From Azolla caroliniana (Eukaryota; Plantae; Polypodiophyta): 64,000 nt of DNA. The position numbers and the translations under genes were made by a program. Below, one piece after another: positions 30,892-41,708 of this stretch (within the stretch, counting starts at the first letter, position 1; each line of letters opens with the position of its first letter). The notes under the pieces were generated by a model, which had not been told where the DNA came from, ran no database searches, and was given only the letters and a program-made list of their open reading frames with translations. The stretch lies in assembly GCA_043228905.1 (NCBI GenBank), contig JBHGNT010000021.1:2108001-2172000 (forward strand). Direction: 5' to 3'.

Positions 30892-33800
30892 ATGGCACCC
30901 ACGACTCAGAATCTTCAGGATTCGCTTCAGGCACAAAACCCTAGGAGTAAGTTACTAAAACCGTTTCCAAAACGCAGCACAGACCATTATCGCTCCCCAT
31001 CTCCATCGCTCTCAAGCTCAGAAACCCCATCTCGCCCTCATCACGCTAAGCGCTCTTGCTCTCAAGCCCTCTTTCGCTCTCATAACCCCTCTGCTGGACT
31101 TCCCCTTCCTGTTGTTCCTCCTGTGGTTCGCCCTCGCCTCATCACTTTGCTTCACGCTTCCACACAGTCGAACCCCGTCTCCATCTCCACCATGCCTCTT
31201 ACTGCCTCAACAGAAACCCGCACCTGGCTCCAGGAACGAGGAATGGGCGGTTACCTGAAGATCTTTGATGCCCCCGCGCACCCAGATGCCCAAACTGTGG
31301 CTAAACGTATAAGTCCTGAAGCCATCACCAACAACGTGCTTCGGGTTGTTTTGGATTTGCAACGGGGAGGGGACCATGAGGTCGACATACCCCCAACATC
31401 AAAGATGAAGGCGTACTTCAGTGAGTACTCAGCCTCAGGGAAGGCATATCGCACATATGGCGGTCCCAACAAAGCTTTCGGGGAGATTGCTCGTATATTA
31501 ATGGAGTATGCGTTCGTGCATACGAACCCAACGAGCATGCCGTAGAACAAGGCAGCCATCATCATCAGCGCGTATGAAGGAAACAGAATCGATTGGGGAA
31601 TCATCACAGGCGAGGGACTCCGCGCCGCCTTAGCTTCATTTCAGTCTGGTAAGAAGATGTTGTCTGTTCTTACCCACTTTTTTATGGTTCTATACCCACC
31701 CTCTTCGCTTCCTTCCCCTCGCACACTCACGTCCCCACCACCACCACGAAGGCAGAGAGAGAAATTCGTGGCCATCAGCCACAAAGCATGGGAGGAGCCC
31801 ACATCGCCTTCACCGCCTGCCGCTGACCAAAAAACCGCATTTGCACCACCACCCGCCCAACCCCAACAAAAAAGGGTAGTTTCCGAGACCTGCCAAGAAT
31901 GGGAGGAGGAGGTAGCCGCGGAAGACAACACGGCCGATGACGTCACCATTCAACAGCCAACGTCGCGCCCCTTGGTAACGTCCCCAGGACCTAGCCCACG
32001 CCCCAACACACAGCAGGCTGCACCACCACGACCCCAGAAAAGGAAGCAGGCGGAGGAAACGACACTACCGGCCCTGGAACCCCAAACACAGCCAAGCAAG
32101 AGAAGACGACTCAACCGCGAGTCCTCGAAAGAACAGAAAGAGCCACAACAGGAGCAAGCCTTAGTGGTCAGACAGAGCAACCTGGCCATCACCCCTGTTG
32201 AGGCATCGTTGAACCAGGGAACGATCGAGCATGGACAGACAACACAGATCTCGGAGGATGAAGTCCTCGGGTATAAGGACCTCCCCGCGGAGGCTTACGA
32301 ATTTAGTGTGCTCCTACACCTCGTTACGTCATTCGAGCTGGTCGACTTCCTCGCCAGAGCCCAAGTCGCGGCAGCTGCTTGAATGGCGAAGGAGCACGCC
32401 GAAACAAAAATGATTCAACGCGCGCTAATAAGTGAAATTGAGCCCCAGGAGGACAAGGCTTTACAAAAAATCGGGAGGAAGAAGCAGGCAAAACAGGCCG
32501 CTCTCCTCATGGAGGTCCCCGAGTTGAACACGGCCCTCATCGAGGCATATCGGGACCTGGATCGCACTACGCGGGCAACCAAAGACATGGCCCGAAAGAT
32601 AAAAATAGCCCAAAAACAGGCTAAGATGGCCATAGAACTATGGCACGCTGCGAACCAGAAGCTGGCAACCTGGGAGCAAAACCGGCCGGAACAACAACTC
32701 TTGAGCCTTCCGGTAACGACCATCGAGGCCCTCCCAGCGCCTCCACGCATAACAATGATGGATGCAAGCACCATCACCGACTCAATACTGAAGGTGCAGG
32801 CCAGTACACAAACGGACTCGTTACAAATGGTCGATGCCTGCACAACAACCAAGGCGCCCACGCCCATGGAGAAGACCGAGATACCACCACCTCGTGCACC
32901 CAATGAGGTGGCAACCCAGACAAAACCCCCGCTCCGGGATTATCGTGCGGAGCTTAAAGAAGAACAACGGCGAACCGAGAGACACGAACAACGGCATCAA
33001 GAGGCGATGGCTCGCCTAAAAGAAGAAGCTTCCAAGCAGATGGCCGAGATAAGAGCCCAGGCCGACCAAAGGATACACGAGCAGAGCAAAGCACTGGGCC
33101 GGGTACAAGCACAAGCCGCAGGCAAGGAAGCCGAACTCAAAAGCAAGCTGGAGGAATACGCAGCCACAGTGGTGAAGAAAGAGAAGGAGTTTCTCAACCT
33201 ACAGGCCGCGCTCGATAATGCAAAAGACTGGAACCAGCGGCAGGAAGAAAGAAATCACCAACGGGAGGAGAGGATGAACGCGGAGAATGTCGAGCTGCAG
33301 AGTCAGTGTACGACCCTTAAAGAGATGGCTGATGAGTTTTTCATCAAATGCAAGCTACTTTCGGAGCAAAAAGACGCATTATCGGATTGCTACTTCGCCC
33401 TACAAGAAGAGAGAATCGTCGAACGGGAACAAATCCGGGCCACGTGTCAAAAAGAACGTGAGCAGGCCACCAAAGAACTCACCAAGCGTTACGAGCAGGC
33501 TCTCCAGCTCGTAACCGTGGATGCAAAGAACACTCAAGCCATCTATGAGCTAAGAACACAGAAGATTCAGGCCGAGGTCGACGGCTTAAAATAGGAATTA
33601 GCAGCCATCCAAGCACAACCCGGCATGGATGAGACACGCATCAGAATACTGATTGAGAAACAACGACAACACCTTACCAAAAAGGTCGAGGAAACATTAA
33701 GTCGCGCAGGAGACGAATGGGCAGCCCAAGCTGCCGAATTGCATATTTTATGCGCCGACGCCGAGAACCGACGGAAGGAGGGCCGCGGCTTCTACAAAAT

Positions 33801-34287
33801 GAACGAAGCCAGCATACAAAACCTGCGTGCAGATTTAACCGAGGATTACCAGTCCTTGGCAAAATCTCACACCGCGGAAATCGAGCAAATAATGGAGGAC
33901 TTCAATGACAGTCAGATGTTGTTTCGCCTAGAAGCAGAAGCCTTCGAACGAGAACGACTCGCAGCCATCCTCACCAGCCCTCCAACGGCCACAGAGCAAA
34001 AAGAAGAACCTCCCAGCAAGGAGATCACGGACACGGCACAGGAGGAACTTGCCCTGGCCAACAGACATCCCATGGACGCCCACACGGTACCAGAGCCTGT
34101 CGAAGTAGAGGTCAGCGCCCACGAACCCACACCCCCACCAGAAGAATCGGCCGCACCTGAGGCGGACGTCCGAGAAGATATGCCACCCCCGGACCAAACT
34201 CAACCCCCCGCACCGACAATCCAACCAGACCACCCTGCCACCACCCCAGACCCTGAAAGCATCCTCGACATCTTAAAGGAGGAATGA
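30892..34287 (+). pseudogene. Extra ORF of element F (~1130 codons; globular N-part, Pro-rich linker, long coiled coil)
   Basis: ORFs 30892, 31657, 32383 and 33625 share one frame, separated only by stops at 31543 (TAG), 32380 (TGA) and 33592 (TAG). Confidence 0.8.
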
Positions 34288-34385
34288 AACGAGGATCACG
34301 CCTAAAAGGCAATTTTTGTAATATTGTTAGTATTTTGTAAGTCGTGGGTCTGACGGACAAGGTTCTGTCCCACGGGCGTGCCATG

Positions 34386-34842
34386 TGTTGTCCAGGGGAC
34401 AGAAATGTAAAATTAGGAAATTAGCAAACGCTGAGTCCAAGTATCACGGGCCACCGACGGCTCGGCTGTGTATTAGGGGAAAAGTTATTTAAACGAGGAC
34501 CAGTACCTCAGAGAGGGAGAGAAGAAAAACTATAGGCGGAAGCACTAGCTTAGTCATTCGTAATTAGATAAACTCGTAAGGTCACCGGCCATAGGCCGTG
34601 TTCTGTAATCTTTTCTGTCATAGTAATACATCTGATTTGTGCCTATTTTTGCTGCATGAGTCTGTGCTTTGATCCATACCTATGAGTTTTACGTCGCCAC
34701 GTCTATGAAGACCTCGCTAGTGTTTTCTCCCTGAGCCCTGTATCTCTCTCGACGCCTCTGTTACGAGCCTTACCGTACCACGCCCTTGAAGACCGATAGA
34801 TGCAAATCTATCGAAGGTGTTCACCCAAAGGAACGGGTAACA
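34386..34842 (+). repeat. 3' LTR of element F
   Basis: Copy of 3502-3958; no purine tract immediately upstream. Confidence 0.95.
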
Positions 34843-35672
34843 GCCCATCCGTAGCCCTTTACCTTCATCCCCTCGCCACCACCGTTCGTCACTTTAGGCC
34901 GACCGCTGGTTTCTGTAGAACCGGTGTGAAGGATCCTCCTCAGGCTTGCCATATCTCTGACCCTTATCCTGGGTCTTCCTTCTTTCGTAAGTCGAGAGGG
35001 TGGCTCGCTCCACACCCTCTCCTGTGGTACCGACGTACCATGTTCCCGGCCTCTTCGTAGGCCTGCTCTCTTCCTCCCTCCCGGAATGGTCATCCGGGAG
35101 TCCGCTCCGCCCGGTTCTCGTCCGGGTCCGTTCGTCCTTCTCTGGATTGCCGGGTCCCGTTCTCCTATCGCCACCAGCCTTCTCCCTACTAGGTCTCACA
35201 TTGCCACCTTGGCCGAACTGCCGGGCCTCCGGACTTGTGTGGGGATCCTGTAGGACCGGTCTTCGTTCTCCTCTTCATCCCCTGTACTTCTCCCGAACTC
35301 GTCGTTTCTCTCCTCTTCGCGTTCTCGCCTCCATCCTCCATCTCTTTCGGTCTCACGTTGCCACGTCGGCCGAACTGCCGAAGTCTCCGAATCGGACGTG
35401 GGGTAACCGATTTTTGCAACTTCTTTCGGCGACTCGTCCAGACCACCGCCCCTTTTAGTGGTGTCGGTGGATAGCATCCGCTCTGTGATCAATCAAGCCC
35501 CGCTTGAGCTTGATTCTCCAATGTCCGGAGTTTCGGCTCCGATGCCGACCTTGCCAGACTCGTTCTGAACCTTTGATCACCTTCCTTCGAATTCTCGACC
35601 ATCGCCCGGTCGGTCTTTCTCCCCATGTAAAAGAGGGTGGCTCGTCCCGCACCCTCTTCCGTATCGACACCT

Positions 35673-36815
35673 TCATGCCGAATCCGGCCTCGGTCGAACA
35701 ATCCACGACCGAATTACGCTCCATCCGAATCGGAATGCCGATCTTCTCGTGCCGCTTCCGTCCTCGGCCTCCTCGCAAGCCGTTTCCCATCCATCTTCGC
35801 TGGCATCGTGCCAAGACTCCTCGTCGGCGCCTTCCTTCTCTCTGGTCTCATGTCGGCACACGGGCATGACTGCCGGAGTCTCCGGAATCCGCGTGGAGGG
35901 CTCTTCTCCGCTCTCGACCCTGTCCTCGGTCGGCAATTCTCCGCAAGTCGAGAGGGCGTTTTGTTCTGCACCCTCTCCCGTGGTACCATCGTACCGATCT
36001 TCCGCCATCTCGTGGGGCAAGACCGTCTCCTCGGTCTTAGCTTGGGGCCTCGATCTTTCCTCTTCCTCGAGCATCGCCTCGAGAGCTGCGTACGCCTCCG
36101 CAATCCTGGCCCCAACGCCGACCCTTGCCAGCTCCCTTTGCCGTTCGGCCTCTTCCCGTTGTGATGGCACGCCGTCGCGCGTCTTCCACTTAGCCTTCTC
36201 GGCTCGCTCATCATCTAGCCATTGGCACACCCTTCCGACCTTCGACCAGTCCTCCGTAAGCCCATTCGCTCCATCATCATCTTCGAGCTCCATCTCGATG
36301 GCCTCCCGTTCCGCTCGGTCGATCGACCTGACGAACAATAGGACCTTGTCCGTCCCCACCAAACCTTGTTCCCGCTCCGGGAGCCGAGCAAGCAGTCGCT
36401 CGAACTCTCGAAACGCCTTCGTCGCGCCCCGGTGGGTCTTTGCCGATGCGACCCACTTGTCGAAGTCGTGTCGTCCCAGGCTCTTCTGTCGTCCTCCATA
36501 TGCCTGCAGGAGCGCCTCTTCAAAGGCCTCCCACGAACTATGAGCTTGTCGGAGCTCCTTTACTTCCGCGTGCATACGGACGGCGACAGCCCGACAGAAG
36601 AATTCCAGCCTCAACGCTTCGTCCATGTCTCGCTCCTCCATTTCCGCGTTGTAGGCTTCCAAGTAAGATGGGACTTTGTCCCCGTTGAAACGGCCGACTC
36701 TTTCGACCACTCGCTCAACCGCTTGTTGCGCTGCTTCTCGCCTCATCACCACTCGTGCCGACTCCAACACCACTTCAGCCACCATCGTCGCGAGGTCGTC
36801 GCCTTCCGACTCCAT
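35673..36815 (-). CDS. Capsid-like Gag ORF of element A
   Basis: 380 aa starting just after the PBS; AVERVVERVGRFNGDKV..RLEFF..SWEAFE..DKVLLF..GLTEDW..VC, homologous to D, G and the N-terminus of C Gag. Confidence 0.8.
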   Translation of the reverse strand: MESEGDDLATMVAEVVLESARVVMRREAAQQAVERVVERVGRFNGDKVPSYLEAYNAEMEERDMDEALRLEFFCRAVAVRMHAEVKELRQAHSSWEAFEEALLQAYGGRQKSLGRHDFDKWVASAKTHRGATKAFREFERLLARLPEREQGLVGTDKVLLFVRSIDRAEREAIEMELEDDDGANGLTEDWSKVGRVCQWLDDERAEKAKWKTRDGVPSQREEAERQRELARVGVGARIAEAYAALEAMLEEEERSRPQAKTEETVLPHEMAEDRYDGTTGEGAEQNALSTCGELPTEDRVESGEEPSTRIPETPAVMPVCRHETREKEGADEESWHDASEDGWETACEEAEDGSGTRRSAFRFGWSVIRSWIVRPRPDSA

Positions 36816-36852
36816 TCTCCCTTGCCGCCTTTCACGTCGGGTTCACCAAAGA

Positions 36853-37610
36853 TGTCACGTTGTTATGCGCGTACGTGTAAAAAGGGCGGGACCACGGGGG
36901 TCTCGGACTAGGGAAGAGGGGAAGCCGTGAAGACGATTCCCGGCGGGTTCCAGAAGCCACCAAACGGGAGAGAGAAAGAGAGAGAATGTGCACTTGACTC
37001 CGACTCATACCCACACACACACTGCGCCGAACCAACTCACGCCCTTATGTACAGAAACGCAGGGAAGGGAACACCAAAACACCCATACAAACAGAGACAC
37101 GAGTATGCACAGATGGATACTAGTATGTATATTACAAAGGGGAAGAATACAATCCCGGCTTCGAGCCGGACCATGGTAGGGTAGGTTACAGCAGCAGTCT
37201 GTTGCCAAGCCGTCGTCCGGGGAGCTCTCGGGCTCGTCACGCGGAGCGGGGTCTTGCACAGGAGACCTAGCAGAGACAGCCCTCAACGGTCGACCTCCCC
37301 GTCAAGAAGAAGAAGAAGAAGAAGAAGAAAACTAACTCTAAACCTAACGGTATACCCTCTAACACAAAACGGGCAACCCTTTCACAAAGGGCGCTCCCTT
37401 CCTTTTATAGAACAAGGAGAGGGATGCGTTACAATGTGGGATAAATCCCGACTTACATGGGATCGTTTGTCCCGATTGGACTACTCTTCGGCGCAATAAA
37501 GGCGCCCTCGTTATTCACACTAAATATACAAGGGTGAGCACACATGCTGCACCCCACCGATGTAGCCAATGTTTCCCAGTTTCTGCCTCTGGCCGAAATT
37601 CTTCACGACA
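36853..37610 (-). repeat. 5' LTR of element A
   Basis: 758 bp, adjacent to the tRNA-Trp PBS, followed by TSD CCGG. Confidence 0.95.
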
Positions 37611-39561
37611 CCGGGTATAGGATCTGGTCGACAAGAAGGTGTTCCGGAGTCGGGACATATTCTTCATGGAAGACAGGACCATTGCCGACTAGGAGTCGGA
37701 GAAGAAGGTGATGAACTCTGGATCATCCAATGAAAACCGGCTTGAGGACACAAGGACTTACCCGGTTGAAAACCGGATGACACTCGACGAACCTACCGGA
37801 TACGAACAGGAAACCGAACTGACCGAAGAAGAAGATAACAGAACCAGACAAGATCCCGAATCAGATTCGAATGAGGAACAAACATAGGAACCAACAGTCA
37901 GAAACCAAGGACGGAGATATCCTCTCCGAGAGAGAAGAGCCCCCGGAGATTTCCGGATGTAGAGCATGTGTTACTAACTGATGAGGGGGAGCCGGAAAGC
38001 TTCGAAGAAGCAAAGAGAGACACCCACAACCGTAAGTGGTTGAGTGCCATGCAAGATGACTTGGATTCCCTGCACGAGAACCACATGTATGAACTGATGG
38101 AGTTGCCGAAATGAAAGAGGGCACTTTGGAACAAGTGGGTGTACAAGCTAAAACCGGGAGATGTCGGAGACCCACCGAGATACAAAGCCTGAATCATGGT
38201 GAAGGGGTTCCAACAGAAGAAAGGAGTGGATTTCGACGAGATTTTTGCCCCGGTAGTTAAGATGACTTCCATTCGGACGGTGTTGAGCATAGCGGTAAGC
38301 ATGGACCTTGAGGTAGAGCAACTAGACGTAAAGATGACGTTCCTCCATGGTGACCTCGAAGAGGAGATCTACATGCATCAACCGGAAGGATTTGAGAAGA
38401 AAGGGAAGGAGCACCTGGTGTACCGACTGAAGAAGAGCTTATACGGACTGAAGCAAACTCCCCCGCAATGGTACCAAAAGTTCGACTCCTTCATGACCGA
38501 CCAAGGGTACCACAAGATGCATGCCGATCATTGCATGTTTGTGAAGAAATTTGACGGAGGAGATTTCCTGATACTCCTCCTATATGTGGATGATATGTTG
38601 ATCGTCGGACAAGACCAAGGCAATATTTGGATGGTTAAGAAGGCTCTGAACTGGACCTTCTCAATGAAAGACTTGGGTCTGGCAAGACAGATATTGGGAA
38701 TGCACATCATCCGTGAACAATCAAAGAAGCTGTTGTGGATGCCACAAGAGAAGTCTGTGACAAAGGTGCTTCAACGATTCAACATGTCGGAGGCGAAACC
38801 GGTCGGATCGACACTTCCGACAAACTGCAAGCTATTCAAAAAACAAAGTCCAAGGACAAAGGTGGAGAAGAAGGATATGATGAAGATACCATATGCCTCT
38901 GCCGTCGGAAGCTTGATGTACGCAATGGTATGTACCTGGCCGGATATCGGATATGCAGTCGGAGTGGTGAGCTGGTTCATGAGCAGTCCCGGAAGAGAGC
39001 ACTGGAACGCGGTCAAGTGGATACTCCGGTATCTGAAAGGCACCTCGAGTATGTGCCTTTGGTTTGGCTCCGGAAAACCCCAACCCAATGGTTTCACGGA
39101 TTCGGATATGCCGGCCGATGCGGATATCAGCTGGTGTACATCCGGATATGTCATGACTTATGCAAGGGGGAGTTGTTTCGTGGCATTCGAGGCTGCAAAA
39201 GATAGTTGTGTTGTCAACCACGGAGGCGAAGTACATAGCAGTTGTGGAAGTCGGCAAGGAGATAATCTGGATGAAGGACTTCATCGGAGAACTAGGGATC
39301 CAACAGGAGGAATATCGACTCTACTACGACAGTCAAAGTGTCATCCACCTTGCAAAGAACATGGCCTACCATTCACGAATGAAACATATCCAACGGAGGT
39401 ACCATTGGATCCGGGAGAGAGTAGAAGATCAAGAGTTCGTGCTGACGAAGATCCACACGAAGTAGAACGGGTCGGATATGCTGACTAAGGTGTTGACAAC
39501 CGACAAGCTGGACGCGTGCTGAAAGCGGATCGGGCTGGCGAGATATCTCATGTCGAAGTGA
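37611..39561 (+). pseudogene. Copia pol 3' part (RT, RNase H)
   Basis: VKGFQQKKGVDFDEIFAPVVK, QLDVK..FLHGDLEEEIYM, LKKSLYGLKQ, LYVDDML, PYASAVGSLMYAM, STTEAKY, KHIQRRYHWIRE; stops and frameshifts present. Confidence 0.95.
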
Positions 39562-39571
39562 AGGGGGAGAT

Positions 39572-40118
39572 TGTTGGGAAATCAGTCCCTCTGGATGGGA
39601 TCCGGTTATGAATGGGGAGGACCCGGTGAGAACCAGAAGAGATCCAGAAACTAGATCGGTGGACCCGGTGAGAACCGGAAGTGAAGGCATATTTGGAAAT
39701 ATGTTTTGAGTAAGCATATTAAGGCTATATTTGTAAATAGCCCTAAGTTCATATAAGTATAAATATGACTTAGGGTAATCACTTTGGTACATACAGAGAG
39801 GTGAGAGGGTTTTCATATGGTTGTAGAGATAACTATTGTATAGAGAGAGAGAGAGAGAGAGAGATACAGAGAGATACTCTGTTGTAATCGCCGACTGGCG
39901 AAGATACAAAGCTCGAGGTTGTTGCCTCTTAGTCTCTGTTTGTACCTTTCTTACATAGTGATAGTTTGGAGTCTGTGGGCTCCCGTGGTTTTTTTCCCAT
40001 TAGGGTTTTCCACGTAAATATTCTATGTACTCTCTACTTCCCGCTCCTACGTTTCCTTCTCATCGAAGTGATTCAAGACTCGGTTGTGGCCGAGCAATAT
40101 TCCGCGCTATTCCCCTCA
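39572..40118 (+). repeat. Probable 3' LTR of the outer Copia
   Basis: PPT GAAGGGGGAGA (39560-39570) then TGTTGGG; TATA-like and GA tract inside. Right end inferred from TTCCGC..CCCCTCA; no partner LTR to confirm. Confidence 0.7.
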
Positions 40119-40770
40119 AATGTTGACACTCGTAACTTATGGATGTTTCATAACCACACAATAAAGAGGGTTCATCATGGTTATATCCCACATCATGACT
40201 TGGGCAGGGAGTTAGAGCTTTAGTTGAGAAAGGTGTCTCCTCGATGTAATCTGAATTGCACTTGTATAAGGAAAACCTCGAGGTATCCTTATAAAAGCAA
40301 TGAATAACTAAGAAACACCTTGACCACACAAAGGATCACCTTAACTAGAAGTAACGATAACTATGGAACACCATATTTGAACTTCTTGTTGATAGTGCAT
40401 ATCCCCACAGACATAGTCGCCACCAACATGAGCATAACTACTATGATTTTCGTTGAATAGCATACCCAACTCTTGTTGGAGTCATCATTGTCTACATCCA
40501 AGACCTTGAGGTTTAACAACCCAATGATTTACCAACTCAATTTCAACCTGTCAAGTCCTTTAATGCACAACTCAAGGACATCCATTGGCAATTTTCTTCT
40601 CTGAAAAATAACCACTCCATAAATCGAGGCTCCCTAGGTCAACAAGAAAGCCAAAGCTCTCCACCTCCTCATCTATACCACTTTTTGTTCAAAGAGGGAC
40701 AAAAGGTGGCACCTAATAAAATAGTTATTGTGCTATTTGCTTATTTCTTGTATTTTCTTCATCATATACC

Positions 40771-41000
40771 TGTTGGGATAGTTGGTCCCCCCAGATGGAA
40801 TGTGCAAGAAAGCTTAATCTAGACGAGGAGCCAGATCGTCCGGAAGACATCTGGGCCAGATCCGGACAGGGAGCCGAATCGGATGAAGGTTGATCGGCTA
40901 GTAGCCGATCTGGAATATGTCTGATTTGGGTTGTATTTGTAAATATCCCATACTTATGTATTAGTAGAGCGTAGAGGTATGGGATGTTGTCTCCCTCTCT
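40771..41000 (+). repeat. Fragment of a related Copia LTR
   Basis: Starts TGTTGGGA..GTCCC..GATGG and shares TATTTGTAAATA with 39572-40118; right end undefined. Confidence 0.45.
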
Positions 41001-41708
41001 CCCATATTATTGATGGTGGTATTCCTCTACACATTCCTCCACGAGCAATAGTGCATTCTCTTCTATTCTTAAATGTGATTAAGTACATGGAGTTGCATCA
41101 TGTTGTCTAATATAACAATGTTAAACAAATACGTAGAACTCATAAGTATTACTACGAGATTTGGGCATTTGTAGTGTATGTTTCATAGATGCATCAAGCT
41201 AGCAACAAAACTTTCAAAGCTAGTAAAAATCTTCATGGAAACCCACAAGCAACGGCAATGGGGATGGTGTATTGGTTGTTGTTGATGAAAACATTTCAAC
41301 TAAAGGATTTGTGCATTTGTGATGTACGTCTCATAGATGTTTCAAGAAAGCGATAATTAAACTTTCAAAGCCAATATAATCCTCATGGAAACCCACAAGC
41401 AGACAAAATTGGGATGATGAATTGGATGGTTGGAAAGAGAATTTATGGCATGTTGTTGATGAAAACGTTTCAGGAAAAAGGAAAAAAAGTGATAACTTTA
41501 GGAATCCTAGTGTGATACCCATACATATATATTATGAGAGCTTAAGGATCAAGATATAACCCCCACATGTCAACCCCATGAAAAAAGTGCACATGAATGA
41601 CTATTGGATGGTTGGAGGGAGGTCGATGTCATGTAGGAGAAGCATCCAATCAATTCACAAATGCTTCACTTGGCCCAAGCACAAGGGGGATATAACTCAA
41701 TTGGTAGA

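Larger units (their letters stand above)
3502..34842 (+). mobile_element. Element F: non-chromovirus Ty3/Gypsy (Athila/Tat/Phygy/Selgy-like) with extra 3' ORF
   Basis: 457-bp LTRs 3502-3958 and 34386-34842 (TGTT..AACA). TSD ACCCA/GCCCA (1 mismatch). PBS at 3964. gag-PR-RT-RH-IN split by two insertions; no chromodomain. Confidence 0.93.
1218..37610 (-). mobile_element. Element A: non-autonomous Gypsy-derived LTR element (capsid-only Gag), tRNA-Trp primed
   Basis: LTRs 1218-1978 and 36853-37610 (TG..CA). TSD CCGG at 1214-1217 and 37611-37614. PPT at 1979-1990, PBS at ~36831-36848. Its own internal sequence (1979-3501, 34843-36852) has no pol motifs. Confidence 0.93.
1..40118 (+). mobile_element. 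Degenerate Ty1/Copia LTR retrotransposon (outermost host; 5' end lies outside the window)
   Basis: PR, GAG-pre-integrase and IN remnants at 1-1217 resume at 37611 in the same reading (GYR|V*DLVDKKV). RT/RNase H follows to 39561, then PPT and 3' LTR. Domain order PR-IN-RT-RH is Copia. Confidence 0.95.

Noticed and set aside
41208-41471. Diverged ~100-bp direct repeat (AAACTTTCAAAGC..CATGGAAACCCACAAGCA)
   Set aside because: Looks like an ordinary local duplication; no termini or TSD.
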